64,000 nt of DNA from Candidatus Staskawiczbacteria bacterium (GCA_026395175.1 JAPLZF010000010.1:4450-68449), one strand, 5' to 3'; numbered from the stretch's first letter, positions 17,181-26,708 are shown. Numbers and translations: made by a program. Notes: generated by a model not told the origin, from the sequence alone.

Positions 17181-18296
17181 TTAATTTGGGTTTGTTATTT
17201 TTAAAATCGCATCTTGTGTGTAAATATTTCTTGGATTCCAAAGCATAAATCCATTATATTCGCTTGCCAAAGAATCTTGGACTGCCTTGATTTCCTGCTT
17301 TACCATATCGGCTGTGTAATAAGCTCCCAAATTAAAATCTTGAAGCCAAGGCCTTAATTTTGTCAAAAAAATTATATTTTTTCTGGCCAAAGCGCTATCC
17401 ATTGAATATTTTATAACTTCGTAAGGGTGGTCTGCCGGGTTGGCAAATCCTATAAATCCGTCTGCAAAATGAGAGGGGTAAACCATTGGGCAAACATAAT
17501 CAAAATTGTAAAATGCGTCTTCAATTATTTGCCCAATTCCCATGTCGTCTTTGTTGACTGTTGTCAAACCAAACAAATCAATTGATATTTTTTCATTTAA
17601 TAATTGTTGCCTTGTATATTCAAAAAATTCTTTTATAATTTCTGCTTTTGCCACCTTTCCGTCATAAACCGGAAAACCAGCTTCTCCTGTTTTTCCGTCA
17701 GTGGGAAATCTGACATAGTCAAAATTTATTTCGTCAAAGCCGTGATTTGCCAGCGCGTCTTTTGCCAGGAAAATATTATAATCCCAAACATCTTTTGAAG
17801 CAGGGTCCAGCCAAAGTAATCCGTTTCTATCTTGCCATAACCCTCCATTTTTATTATAAACTGCCAATTCCGGCCTGGCTTTTGCATAAACAGGGTCTTC
17901 AAAAACAGCGATCCTGCCAATTACATAAATATTTTTACCGTGCAAAAATCTTACCAAAGTGTCAATGTCTGAAATGCGTTTTGGATAAGTAATTACGCCG
18001 TCGCTTCCTTTAAGGTCAATTACAACTGCATTTATTTCTGTATTGTCCAAAAAATTGCTTAAATAACCAACATAAGATTTTGTGCCGGCAGAATATCCGG
18101 TAACATAAACTGCTTTAATTGTTTCCGGCGGCTTGCGAGCAACCGCAACAGCCAAAACATTATTTTTGCTAACCAATCCTCCAACTTTTTTATTATTTAA
18201 AAAATGCAAAGCAAAAAAAATTCCACTAGCCAAAACTGCAATTATTATCAAAATAATTGCCACAATTAAAATTATTTTCTTTTTTGGAAAATCCAT
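17181..18296 (-). CDS. Putative glycoside-hydrolase-like protein (TIM-barrel, DUF4015-like), membrane anchored
   Basis: ATG at 18296 (MDFPKKKIILIVAIILIIIAVLASGIFF) avoids overlap with the cupin gene. VKAVYVTGYSAG...INAVVIDLKGSDG...WLDPASKDVWDYN...GFDEINFDYVRFP resembles that family; recognition is from memory only. Confidence 0.65.
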   Translation of the reverse strand: MDFPKKKIILIVAIILIIIAVLASGIFFALHFLNNKKVGGLVSKNNVLAVAVARKPPETIKAVYVTGYSAGTKSYVGYLSNFLDNTEINAVVIDLKGSDGVITYPKRISDIDTLVRFLHGKNIYVIGRIAVFEDPVYAKARPELAVYNKNGGLWQDRNGLLWLDPASKDVWDYNIFLAKDALANHGFDEINFDYVRFPTDGKTGEAGFPVYDGKVAKAEIIKEFFEYTRQQLLNEKISIDLFGLTTVNKDDMGIGQIIEDAFYNFDYVCPMVYPSHFADGFIGFANPADHPYEVIKYSMDSALARKNIIFLTKLRPWLQDFNLGAYYTADMVKQEIKAVQDSLASEYNGFMLWNPRNIYTQDAILKITNPN

Positions 18297-18297
18297 T

Positions 18298-18699
18298 CTA
18301 TTCAGTTGTTGTTCCGTCAAATTCCGGACCGTCAGCTTCGGCCTCTGCTTTGGTCGCTCTAACAACGCCGTCTTTATGATGAGCAGGAGAATAAATGGTG
18401 TAAAGTTTTAACTCGTCTGTTGCAGAAACATTCACAACATTGTGCTGGGCACCACAAGGCACAACAACTGCTGTTCCGTCTGCAACGCTATATTCATTTC
18501 CGTCAATTATAACTTTGCCCTGGCCTTTTTCAAAGCGAAAAAACTGGTCGTTGTCTGCGTGTACTTCCATTCCAATTTCTTCATTAGGTTTTAAGCACAT
18601 CAAAACCAACTGGCTGTGCTTTCCTGTATAGACAACTTTTCTAAAATTTTCATTGTCTAAAGTTGCCTTTTCTATGTTTTCGCAAAATCCTTTTGCCAT
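18298..18699 (-). CDS. Cupin-domain protein
   Basis: 133 aa; GMEVHADNDQFFRFEKGQGKVIIDG...VVVPCGAQHNVVN (cupin motifs G-x5-H-x-H-like and G-x-x-H-x-x-N). Confidence 0.8.
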   Translation of the reverse strand: MAKGFCENIEKATLDNENFRKVVYTGKHSQLVLMCLKPNEEIGMEVHADNDQFFRFEKGQGKVIIDGNEYSVADGTAVVVPCGAQHNVVNVSATDELKLYTIYSPAHHKDGVVRATKAEAEADGPEFDGTTTE

Positions 18700-18774
18700 A
18701 TATTTTATTTATTTAATAATTATATTTTTATTATATCAAAAAACCACCTCAATTAAAAGGTGATTTTCAAAATG

Positions 18775-18845
18775 AGCGGGTAAGGGGAGTCGAACCCCTA
18801 GCAAGACTTTGGAAAAGTCTGGTATTACCGCTATACGATACCCGC
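18775..18845 (-). tRNA. tRNA-Gly (anticodon TCC)
   Basis: rc GCGGGTA..AGACT-TTTCCAA-AGTCT..AGGGGTTCGACTCCCCT-TACCCGC-T. Confidence 0.9.
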
Positions 18846-19520
18846 ATTAATTTTTTTCGTGGATGATTCTATCCAACCCATAATTCGTCTATGCAATTTT
18901 CTGCCAAATTCTTTATTACCATAGCTTTTAATTTTTAAATGAAGTGTGCCATATGGTAAAATTTCTTTTTTTGTTTTAGATTTATTAATCCTTTTATCTA
19001 CATAGGTTTTTCCAAATTGTTTTTTTGGTATGCCGGTAACCTTTGACCAATAATTTAAAGTTTCTTCAATATCATTATCGGGATATAAATGAACAAACGG
19101 ATTTAAGTTTTTATTTTTTAAATTGCAGATTTTTTTGAACCATATTACAGCAATTTTTATCATTTCCGGGTTAGAATTAGAAAATCTAATTTGTTCGTTC
19201 GATTTGCTCCCTTCTCCGGAGTAAAGCCCAATTCCCAAAAACCAAAAATCTCTTTTTGTAATTTTACCAAGATCTTTTTCTGCTAAATTTTTCATTTCTG
19301 CAATTTCTTCTATTTTTTGGGTATGTTTAAATAAAGCAGATTTTAACTTTGCAGAGCCTATTCTTCTTAAAACTTCTTCATTGGGAGAAAAGGGAATTTT
19401 ATTAAGCCAATTGCTTAGAGTACTTTTATTAACTCCTATTTTTTGACTAATCATATTATATGAATAGCCTTTTTTCCTATAATTTATAGCTTTTCCTTTT
19501 AAGCTTAATGTTTTCATCAT
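18831..19520 (-). CDS. HTH + LAGLIDADG-like protein (free-standing homing-endonuclease-like gene)
   Basis: N-terminal HTH (GYSYNMISQKIGVNKSTLSNWL) and the single motif FWFLGIGLYSGEGSK. ATG at 19520 lies 7 nt after TGTGGGTATAAT, suggesting a leaderless transcript. The last 5 codons and the TAG (GCG GGT ATC GTA TAG) are the first 15 nt of tRNA-Gly. Confidence 0.6.
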   Translation of the reverse strand: MMKTLSLKGKAINYRKKGYSYNMISQKIGVNKSTLSNWLNKIPFSPNEEVLRRIGSAKLKSALFKHTQKIEEIAEMKNLAEKDLGKITKRDFWFLGIGLYSGEGSKSNEQIRFSNSNPEMIKIAVIWFKKICNLKNKNLNPFVHLYPDNDIEETLNYWSKVTGIPKKQFGKTYVDKRINKSKTKKEILPYGTLHLKIKSYGNKEFGRKLHRRIMGWIESSTKKINAGIV

Positions 19521-19594
19521 CGTCAAAATTATACCCACAACTATATTCTATCATACACTATAAAGGGGTTCAATATAAAGAACACTAAGCTATG

Positions 19595-19665
19595 TCGGGG
19601 TGCTGAGAATCGAACTCAGACCAAACGCTCCCAAAGCGTTTATACTACCACTATACGACACCCCG
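19595..19665 (-). tRNA. tRNA-Pro (anticodon TGG)
   Basis: rc CGGGGTG..AACGC-TTTGGGA-GCGTT..CTGAGTTCGATTCTCAG-CACCCCG-A. Confidence 0.9.
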
Positions 19666-19702
19666 TTAATTTATAAAATAATTCTAACCGAAAAAGGCGA
19701 TA

Positions 19703-19731
19703 TTGTCAAAGGGAAAATTTTATGATAATAT
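19703..19731 (+). promoter_or_regulatory. Promoter of the tRNA-Arg/tRNA-His pair
   Basis: TTGTCA-17 nt-TAATAT, ending 14 nt before the tRNA 5' end. Confidence 0.55.
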
Positions 19732-19745
19732 CTTATATATGAAAT

Positions 19746-19817
19746 GCCCCCGTAGTTCAATGGACAGAACAAGATCCTTCTAAGATTTAGATGTTGGTCC
19801 GATTCCAACCGGGGGCA
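19746..19817 (+). tRNA. tRNA-Arg (anticodon TCT)
   Basis: GCCCCCG..AGATC-CTTCTAA-GATTT..GTTGGTCCGATTCCAAC-CGGGGGC-A. Confidence 0.9.
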
Positions 19818-19838
19818 CAAAAATGATAAAAAATTTAT

Positions 19839-19910
19839 GGCGGCTATGGTGTAGCAGTAACACAACGCTCTGTGGCAGCGTCATCACGGGTGCAAATCCC
19901 GTTAGCCGCC
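19839..19910 (+). tRNA. tRNA-His (anticodon GTG) with encoded G-1
   Basis: G-GCGGCTA..ACGCT-CTGTGGC-AGCGT..ACGGGTGCAAATCCCGT-TAGCCGC-C; the extra 5' G pairs with C73. Confidence 0.9.
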
Positions 19911-19917
19911 CATTTTT

Positions 19918-19952
19918 AAAACCACCCCGAACTTTGCGAAGGGTGGTTTTTA
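19918..19952 (+). terminator. Terminator after tRNA-His
   Basis: AAACCACCC-CGAACTTTGCGAA-GGGTGGTTTTTATTTT. Confidence 0.7.
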
Positions 19953-20002
19953 TTTTATCTTTTTTATGATAGAATAAGATAAAATAAGATAAGCGCCAAA
20001 CT

Positions 20003-20530
20003 ATGCCGGATAAATTTGTAGATTTATACAATTTTATAGATTTTGCCAAAGCCAACAGAAAATATGCAGACAACACTGCCAATAATTTAAAATCTGCTTT
20101 AAAAATTTTTGAGAAAGAGTTGAATGCAAAAGAGCTTGAATCAATAGACATGGTGGAAGACAGCATAGGAGAAATTTTTAGAAGCCTAGTAATTGCCAAT
20201 AAAAACAAAAGCATTGTATCGCTAAATACTTACAAGGCGCGCCTGCTAAAAGTTATAAAAGACTACAAAAAATATGGAGCAGAACCAAGCAAAATACAGC
20301 ATTGGGTTGCAGGCACAAGGAAATCCACACCCCTGTTAATTAAGAAAGATATTTCAGATAAAAAAAAGATAACCTTATCTAACCCTATCAACACCCCTGT
20401 GGACAACCTTCATAAGATAACACTTTCTTTTGAATGCGGAAAAGCAGAAATTTTAATTCCCAAAAATATGGGCGCAAAAGAAGCTAAAATAATTAAGGAT
20501 ATTATTGATTCTCTTTCCATTGAGGAGTAA
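20003..20530 (+). CDS. Hypothetical protein
   Basis: 175-aa ORF next to the tRNA cluster; no motif recognised with confidence. Confidence 0.5.
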   Translation: MPDKFVDLYNFIDFAKANRKYADNTANNLKSALKIFEKELNAKELESIDMVEDSIGEIFRSLVIANKNKSIVSLNTYKARLLKVIKDYKKYGAEPSKIQHWVAGTRKSTPLLIKKDISDKKKITLSNPINTPVDNLHKITLSFECGKAEILIPKNMGAKEAKIIKDIIDSLSIEE

Positions 20531-20539
20531 AATAATTAA

Positions 20540-21271
20540 ATGGCAATAATTATTATACTTTCAATAATAACTTTTATTTCCACCCTTCTGGGAGGGCTTT
20601 TTGCTATAAAATTTAAAGACAAACTCCATTATATTATGGCTTTTGCAGCCGGAGTTTTGCTGGGGGTGGTGGCATTTGATATTTTCCCAGAAATTATAGA
20701 AGAAATCAAAACATATAATTTCAGCCCAACTGGAACAATGATTGCTTTAGTTCTAGGATTTTTAGTTTTCCACATATTAGAAAAAAGCATTTTGATACAG
20801 CATTGCCACGAGGAGGATTGTTCTATCCATCATAAACATCCGCATATAGGAATGGCTGGAGCTTTAGCACTGGCGGGGCATAGCTTTATGGATGGCGTTG
20901 GCATTGGTCTTGGTTTTCAGGTTAGCCCAGCAATTGGGGTTTTGGTGGCAATTGCTGTTATTTCTCATGATTTTACAGATGGAATGAATATGGTAACTTT
21001 AATGCTCAACAACAAAAACAGCCATACAAAATCTAAGTTATTTTTACTTTTTGGCGCCATAACACCTATTTTAGGAGCTGTATCAACTTTATTTTTTAAA
21101 GTTCCTCCTCAATTTTTAGTTTTATATTTGGGATTTTTTGCAGGATTTTTGCTTTACATTGGAGCCTCAGACATTCTGCCGGAGGCCCACGCAGAACACA
21201 GCTCTTACAAGCTAATTGGTCTGACAATTCTCGGCACATTATTCATTTTTATCATCACGCGTTTTATTTAA
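20540..21271 (+). CDS. ZIP-family divalent metal (zinc) transporter
   Basis: 243 aa, about 8 TM helices; HSFMDGVGIGLGFQ and ISHDFTDGMN motifs; His-rich loop HCHEEDCSIHHKHPH. Confidence 0.88.
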   Translation: MAIIIILSIITFISTLLGGLFAIKFKDKLHYIMAFAAGVLLGVVAFDIFPEIIEEIKTYNFSPTGTMIALVLGFLVFHILEKSILIQHCHEEDCSIHHKHPHIGMAGALALAGHSFMDGVGIGLGFQVSPAIGVLVAIAVISHDFTDGMNMVTLMLNNKNSHTKSKLFLLFGAITPILGAVSTLFFKVPPQFLVLYLGFFAGFLLYIGASDILPEAHAEHSSYKLIGLTILGTLFIFIITRFI

Positions 21272-21284
21272 AAAATATAAAAAT

Positions 21285-21635
21285 ATGAACCAAGAAAATA
21301 GACAAGAAAAAGAAGAAGAATATAATCCGTTTGTATCTTTAAAAGATTTGCGAGATAATTGGTCAGATGAAATTCCAGAGAAAATTTTGGAGGGAGGCAA
21401 AGGAGAAGAAAACCCAACTTTTAAGGTTAGGACAAACTGGTGGAACGGCGTCACGGGAAACATGGGCCTTTTGCTTGAAGATAAAATGCTGCCTGAAGAA
21501 TTAGTAGAAGAAACTGAAAAATTCATTAAAAAATTTTCGGGCAGATCTAGTATTTTGCACCTTCGACTACCCACTGCTGAAGACATTGCCGAAGCCAACG
21601 CAATGATTGATAAAGTTTTAGACTCCCAAAAATAA
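21285..21635 (+). CDS. Hypothetical acidic protein
   Basis: 116-aa ORF followed by a strong terminator; no motif recognised. Confidence 0.5.
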   Translation: MNQENRQEKEEEYNPFVSLKDLRDNWSDEIPEKILEGGKGEENPTFKVRTNWWNGVTGNMGLLLEDKMLPEELVEETEKFIKKFSGRSSILHLRLPTAEDIAEANAMIDKVLDSQK

Positions 21636-21643
21636 AGCAAGCA

Positions 21644-21667
21644 AAAACCGCCTTCGGGCGGTTTTTG
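21644..21667. terminator. Bidirectional UUCG-tetraloop terminator
   Basis: AAAAACCGCC-TTCG-GGCGGTTTTT, a perfect palindrome between convergent genes. Confidence 0.9.
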
Positions 21668-21675
21668 CTTTAGAT

Positions 21676-23211
21676 TTATCTGGCGTATTCGATTACGCGG
21701 TTTTCGCGAATGACCACAACTTTGATTTCTCCTGGGTATTTTAATTCTTCCTCAATTTCTGCCGCAATTTGCCTGGCAATTTTGGCAGCTTGCAAGTCAT
21801 CCACTCTGTCGGACTTTACGAAAACACGAATTTCTCTGCCTGCCTGAATGGCATAGGTTTTTTCAACGCCTTCAAATTTGTTGGCAATATCTTCCAATGC
21901 TTTTAACCTCTGCAAATAGTTTTCCAAAGTATCTTTTCTGGCCCCTGGTCTAGAACTTGAAATTGCGTCTGCCACAGCCACAATTGTGCCCTCTAAAGAA
22001 TCAACAGGGAAGTCGCCGTGGTGACTTCGCATTGCTTTTATAATTGCTTCTCCTTCGCCAAATTTTTCCAAAATTTTAATTCCAATGTCAATGTGCGAGC
22101 CCTGAATCTGCTGGTCAATTGCTTTTCCAATGTCGTGCAAAAGCCCGGCCCGTTTTGCAGTTTGAGAGTTGGCTCCCAATTCGTCGGCAATTGTTTCAGA
22201 AATTAAAGCCACTTCCATTGAATGCAACAAAACGTTTTGGCCATAACTGGTTCTGTAATATAATCTGCCTAAAATCTGAATTAATTTTTCGTTCAACCCA
22301 ATAATTCCCACTTCATAAACTGCCTTGTCTCCGGCTTCCTTAATTTTAGCAGAAATTTCGGCTTTGGCTTCTTCATACTTTTCTTCAATTTTTGCCGGCT
22401 GAATTCTGCCGTCTTGAATTAATTTATCCAAAGTAACTTTGGCAATTTGCCTTCTAATTGGATTAAACCCCGAAATTACAACCGATTCTGGAGTTTCGTC
22501 TACAATTAATTCAACCCCGGTTAACTTTTCAAAAGTTCTAATGTTTCTGCCTTCCTTGCCGATAATTCTGCCTTTTAAGTCTTCGTTGGCAAGAATAACG
22601 CTTGTTGTTGTCAGCTCCTGCGCCTGAGAAACCGCGCATTTTTGAATTGCCATGGCAACAATGTCTTTTGCCCTCAATTGCAACTTTTCCTGGTTTCCTT
22701 CTTCCAATCTTTTCATCCTGTCCAAAATTTCTTTTTCGTTTTCTATTTCAACTAAAGCCAGCAATTCTTTTTTGGCATCGTCGCGCGATAGGGAAGCCAC
22801 CTTTTCCAATTTTGTTTCCGCTTCAAGCCTCAATTGCTCCAAGCTTTCTTTTATAGTTTTCAATTTTTCCACTTTATCCTGCAACTCTTTTTCTTTGCCT
22901 TCAAAAGAAACAATTCTTTCAGCCAACAAGCTTTCTCGGTCCAGCAGAAGCTGCTGGGCTTTTAAAAATTCCCTTCTTCTTTCATCGACTTCTTTTTGAG
23001 CTTTTTCAATAATTTCAGCAGATTTTTTTTCTGCGTTTTTCACCATTGTTGATGTTTCTTCTTTAACATCAATAACTCTTTTTTGCAGTTTTGCCTCTAA
23101 TGTTCCTGCTCTTCTTTTCGCCAAGCTCTGCCTGACATAATATCCCAAAATAGAGCCGAAAATAACGCACAAAGCTCCGCCTATAATATAAATGATAATA
23201 ATTTGTTCCAT
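21676..23211 (-). CDS. rny: Ribonuclease Y
   Basis: 511 aa; N-terminal TM, long coiled coil, KH (GRIIGKEGRNIRTFEKLTGVELIVD), HD domain (LLHDIGKA...HH). Confidence 0.93.
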   Translation of the reverse strand: MEQIIIIYIIGGALCVIFGSILGYYVRQSLAKRRAGTLEAKLQKRVIDVKEETSTMVKNAEKKSAEIIEKAQKEVDERRREFLKAQQLLLDRESLLAERIVSFEGKEKELQDKVEKLKTIKESLEQLRLEAETKLEKVASLSRDDAKKELLALVEIENEKEILDRMKRLEEGNQEKLQLRAKDIVAMAIQKCAVSQAQELTTTSVILANEDLKGRIIGKEGRNIRTFEKLTGVELIVDETPESVVISGFNPIRRQIAKVTLDKLIQDGRIQPAKIEEKYEEAKAEISAKIKEAGDKAVYEVGIIGLNEKLIQILGRLYYRTSYGQNVLLHSMEVALISETIADELGANSQTAKRAGLLHDIGKAIDQQIQGSHIDIGIKILEKFGEGEAIIKAMRSHHGDFPVDSLEGTIVAVADAISSSRPGARKDTLENYLQRLKALEDIANKFEGVEKTYAIQAGREIRVFVKSDRVDDLQAAKIARQIAAEIEEELKYPGEIKVVVIRENRVIEYAR

Positions 23212-23318
23212 AACTTTATAATTTTTAATTTTAATAAAATAAACTCACTTGCTCAGTGAGTACACATAAAATATATTTTAATTTTAGAAGGCCGAAGGTC
23301 CTGAGCGAAGCCGAAGGA

Positions 23319-23900
23319 TTATTTTCCGCCGATTACTTCATCGATTAGTCCGTATTTTTTGGCTTCTTCCGCAGTCAAATAAAAATCTCGGTCGGTATCT
23401 TTCACCACCTTTGATATGGGCTGTCCTGTGTGCGAGGAGATAATTTTATTTAACTTTTCTTTCATATGGACAATCTGTTTTGCAGTAATTTCAATGTCTG
23501 CTGCCTGCCCTTGCATGCCTCCTGCAACTTGGTGCAAAAGTATTTCGGCATTAGGCAAGGCAAATCTCTTGCCTTTGGTTCCTGATGCCAAAATAACTGC
23601 CGCCATTGAAGCCGTAAGACCTATGCAAATGGTAGAAATTGGACACTTCAAAAACTGCATCGTGTCGTAAATTGCTAACCCGGCTGTAACCGAACCTCCT
23701 GGGCTGTTTATGTAAAGCTTAATATCTCTTTTGGAGTCTTTTGATGCCAAATACAGCATCTGGGCAATAACCACGTTTGCGTTCATGTCGGTTACGGGCC
23801 CGGCCAAAAAAATTATACGCTCTTCTAAAAGCCTTGAAAATATATCGTATGCGCGCTCACCGCGCTGTGATTTTTCTACAATAGTTGGTACTATTGGCAT
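23319..23900 (-). CDS. clpP: ATP-dependent Clp protease proteolytic subunit
   Basis: 193 aa; [28 protein letters not shown], catalytic Ser in [11 protein letters not shown], His in ILLHQ. Confidence 0.95.
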   Translation of the reverse strand: MPIVPTIVEKSQRGERAYDIFSRLLEERIIFLAGPVTDMNANVVIAQMLYLASKDSKRDIKLYINSPGGSVTAGLAIYDTMQFLKCPISTICIGLTASMAAVILASGTKGKRFALPNAEILLHQVAGGMQGQAADIEITAKQIVHMKEKLNKIISSHTGQPISKVVKDTDRDFYLTAEEAKKYGLIDEVIGGK

Positions 23901-25171
23901 TCTTCTAATTTTTTAAATATTTTTTCATTTTTAATTACACCTTTAGTATACTCTTTTAACTCATTTATGTCAATTTTGGCCAACTGCTCTTTGGAATAAT
24001 TTTTTATTGATTTTGCCACTTCTTCTGCAACTTCTTCATCAGAAACTTCAACATTTTCTTTATTGCCCAATTCCCGCAAAACCAAAAATCCTCGCAGTCT
24101 TTTTTCGGCCTCTTTTTTATAGGTTTCTTTTATTTCTTCTTCTGTTTTTTTAATGGAAGCCAAATATTCTCCAAAACTAATTTTTGTAGCGTCTTCAATT
24201 TTATGTTTTAAGTCGTGCAATAATCTTTCCTGTTCATATTCCACCATGGCAATGGGCATTTCAAACTTTGACTTTTCAGCAATTTTTTCTAAAATTTCTG
24301 CTCTTACTCTTTGTTTTTCTTCTTCTGTTTTTTCCAAAGAAATTCCTTCTTTCATACTGCCTTTCAGGGCATCCAAAGAATCAAAAGCGCCCATTTGTTT
24401 TGCAAATTCGTCATCAATTTCAGGCAACTCCATTTTTTGCACCGAAATTATTTTTACTTTAAATTCTCCGTCTTTCCCGGCTAATGCCGATTTTTCGGGA
24501 AACTTAATTGTAAATGTTTTTTCTTCACCGGCTTTCATACCAACAATATTTTCTTCAAATCCTTTCACCAAACCTCCTTCTCCCAAAATAAACTGGTCTT
24601 TAACTGATTTTCCATTTTCAATTTCTTTGCAGGAATATTCAATTTCCACAAAATCTTTGTTTTCTGCCACATCATTTTTTAAAATAAATTTTGCCCTGGT
24701 TTTTTGCAAATAATTTATGGAATCCTGAATTTCTTCTTCTGTTACAGAAATTTCTTTTCCCTTCACGCTTTTTGCAATTTCTTTATAATTTGGCAATTCA
24801 ACATCGGGCAAAATTGTAATTACTGCTTTAAATACAAAAGGGGAGCCACCTTCGACTTTGCTCAGGTCAGGCTTTTCAATTTTAATTATAGAAACTTCGG
24901 GCTGTCCAACTGGTTCTAATTTGTTTTCCAAAATGTAATCGGTATAAACATGCTGGACCGCATGGTCACCGGCTTCCATAAGCAAAGCCTCGGGCTTTAA
25001 TTTATCTTCCACCATTGAGGAGGGCGCTTTTCCTTCGCGAAATCCGTCAACTTTTACGTGATGCTTTAAATGTTCTAAAGCATGCGAAAAATGCTCCAAA
25101 AACTCTTCAGCTGTCAGCTCAAAAGTTATTTCTAATTGTGATTTCTCCAGCTTTTTTAATTCTGTTTTCAT
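23891..25171 (-). CDS. tig: Trigger factor
   Basis: 426 aa; N-terminal ribosome-binding domain pattern ([12 protein letters not shown]...DGFREGKAP), central FKBP-like segment, 10-nt overlap with clpP (the conserved tig-clpP order). Confidence 0.88.
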   Translation of the reverse strand: MKTELKKLEKSQLEITFELTAEEFLEHFSHALEHLKHHVKVDGFREGKAPSSMVEDKLKPEALLMEAGDHAVQHVYTDYILENKLEPVGQPEVSIIKIEKPDLSKVEGGSPFVFKAVITILPDVELPNYKEIAKSVKGKEISVTEEEIQDSINYLQKTRAKFILKNDVAENKDFVEIEYSCKEIENGKSVKDQFILGEGGLVKGFEENIVGMKAGEEKTFTIKFPEKSALAGKDGEFKVKIISVQKMELPEIDDEFAKQMGAFDSLDALKGSMKEGISLEKTEEEKQRVRAEILEKIAEKSKFEMPIAMVEYEQERLLHDLKHKIEDATKISFGEYLASIKKTEEEIKETYKKEAEKRLRGFLVLRELGNKENVEVSDEEVAEEVAKSIKNYSKEQLAKIDINELKEYTKGVIKNEKIFKKLEECQ

Positions 25172-25205
25172 AATTTACTAAATATTTTTACGAATAATAT
25201 TGTCT

Positions 25206-25234
25206 AGTTTACCGCTTTTCCATCAAAAAATCAA
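25206..25234 (-). promoter_or_regulatory. Putative tig-clpP promoter
   Basis: rc TTGATT-17 nt-TAAACT; -35 25229-25234, -10 25206-25211. Confidence 0.45.
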
Positions 25235-25250
25235 CTCTCAATTTATTTCA

Positions 25251-25268
25251 GGTTGCCATACGACAACC
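25251..25268. promoter_or_regulatory. 18-bp GGTT..AACC palindrome (operator-like), copy 1
   Basis: GGTTGCCATACGACAACC (one arm mismatch), 16 nt upstream of the tig -35 on the minus strand; shares the flank TTATTTC(TC)AGGTTG with copy 3. Confidence 0.5.
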
Positions 25269-25291
25269 AACGCAAGGCGACACCCCAAGTG

Positions 25292-25317
25292 AAAAGCGGG
25301 CTTAAAACCCGCTTTTA
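25292..25317. terminator. Palindromic terminator
   Basis: AAAAGCGGG-CTTAAAA-CCCGCTTTT downstream of the 25341 gene. Confidence 0.8.
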
Positions 25318-25340
25318 TTTTTTGTTATCTTTTTATAAAT

Positions 25341-25736
25341 TTATTTTTTTCTTTTGAGCCAGTTAATGATAAATAAAACTCCAACTAAAATTGCAGGACC
25401 AGCAATTGTGATCATCCAAGAAATCATATACCACTCAAAACGGCTGTTTAAAAAAAGTAGTCCAATATAAAATAACCCTGCTAAAATAAATATAATTCCG
25501 ACAATAATTTCTTTTCTCCATGAAATTATTAAAACAGCCAGCAAAATCAGCGAAGGAATATTATGCATAAATAATGCCAAAGCTGTGCCCCAAAATCCAT
25601 AAGCCCCATCAAAAACATCCAAAGAAAATAACGCCAAAAAAAGAATAAAAATCACCGCACTGACCCTTGGCGTCCAATACAAAAATTTATTTATTTTCTC
25701 CATTTTTTCCCATTTTTTTAATTTTAAAAAATCCAA
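25341..25736 (-). CDS. Polytopic membrane protein, unknown function
   Basis: 131-aa ORF (an alternative start MEKINKF at 25703 is possible); four hydrophobic helices. Confidence 0.55.
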   Translation of the reverse strand: MDFLKLKKWEKMEKINKFLYWTPRVSAVIFILFLALFSLDVFDGAYGFWGTALALFMHNIPSLILLAVLIISWRKEIIVGIIFILAGLFYIGLLFLNSRFEWYMISWMITIAGPAILVGVLFIINWLKRKK

Positions 25737-25781
25737 CTATCAGGGGAAGCGCAAAGGTTGTGGCGTAATAAAAATACACGT

Positions 25782-26012
25782 CTAATTTGTAATACCCATC
25801 TGCTGGTTTAAACAGCAAAACCAAGAAAAAATAATTGTCTTTTTTATCAAAACCCAAAGCGTTATTAAAATTCCCACAGGCGAAATAACCCAACCAATTA
25901 AATTTGCCGGCACCAGCATAAACAAAATAATTCCCAGCACGTAGCCGATAAGCCACAAACCAACTCCCCAGCCAAAGCTATTAATTAAAAACTTTTTTGT
26001 ATTTTCTCTCAT
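25782..26012 (-). CDS. Small membrane protein, possibly the 5' part of a frameshifted gene
   Basis: 76-aa ORF with two TM helices. An overlapping frame (25687-25956) continues with further TM-like sequence after a T6/A6 run at 25840-25845. Confidence 0.4.
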   Translation of the reverse strand: MRENTKKFLINSFGWGVGLWLIGYVLGIILFMLVPANLIGWVISPVGILITLWVLIKKTIIFSWFCCLNQQMGITN

Positions 26013-26608
26013 AAATTTATTTTATAATTATTTTTTAAAAATGGATTTCCCATATTAAAGGTTATTTCTGGTGTTTTATTATTTATGATTTCAGCAGGAA
26101 TGCCGTATTTTTTGCTGTATATCTCGCCAGCGGCGCAAAACAACGCCTTAAAATAATCAAAACCAAGTTTTTCAGAAATCAATTTTACCTCTTTTTCGGA
26201 TTTTCCCTCAACTTCCACAAACGGCTCTAAAAATGGCCATTCGTCAATACACACCTCAACGCCATCTAATTCCCAAATTTCTCTTTTAGTTTCCTGATAT
26301 GATTTTTTTTGGCACCCTATCACTTCTAAAAATTCTTTTCCTGCATTAAAATCATTTATAACTAAACCTATTTCTTTTTGGTTTTCGATTTTTTCTCCAT
26401 CAACAACTTTCAAACTCATTGTAATCTTATTGTCTTCATCTCTTACCCTAAGCCACGCGCCCTCTATTTCATGCCCGTTGGGTAAATTAAAAACAACTCT
26501 CTTTTGCATGAATTCAGACTTTACCAACTTCGCTCCAACTTTCTCTAACTTCTCTCTTATCTCCCCCTTATTTATATTTAGAAATGTGGCCTCATATTCT
26601 ATTGCCAT
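26009..26608 (-). CDS. CYTH-domain protein (CyaB/thiamine-triphosphatase-like)
   Basis: ATG at 26608 (MAIEYEATFL; the track uses TTG at 26620). E-x-E-x-T/K N-terminal signature, then WLRVRDE..ITMSLK..., EIWELDGVEVCIDEWPFLEPFVEVEG. Confidence 0.65.
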   Translation of the reverse strand: MAIEYEATFLNINKGEIREKLEKVGAKLVKSEFMQKRVVFNLPNGHEIEGAWLRVRDEDNKITMSLKVVDGEKIENQKEIGLVINDFNAGKEFLEVIGCQKKSYQETKREIWELDGVEVCIDEWPFLEPFVEVEGKSEKEVKLISEKLGFDYFKALFCAAGEIYSKKYGIPAEIINNKTPEITFNMGNPFLKNNYKINL

Positions 26609-26638
26609 AAGTTTGTTCAACTTTTCTAAATTATTTTA

Positions 26639-26656
26639 GGTTAACACTTGTTAACC
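26639..26656. promoter_or_regulatory. 18-bp GGTT..AACC palindrome, copy 2
   Basis: GGTTAAC-ACTT-GTTAACC with perfect arms, about 30 nt upstream of the CYTH start. Confidence 0.5.
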
Positions 26657-26690
26657 TGATACGTTTAATTATTTTTTGTTTTATTTCTCA

Positions 26691-26708
26691 GGTTGTCATA
26701 TGACAACC
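26691..26708. promoter_or_regulatory. 18-bp GGTT..AACC palindrome, copy 3
   Basis: GGTTGTCATATGACAACC, perfect (22 bp perfect with the flanking CA/TG). Confidence 0.55.

Noticed and set aside
20003-20530. 175-aa ORF beside tRNA-His considered as an integrase remnant marking a tRNA-targeted island.
   Set aside because: It shows only a vague resemblance to integrase N-terminal core-binding domains. There is no catalytic domain, no repeat of the tRNA-His 3' end downstream, and no compositional shift.
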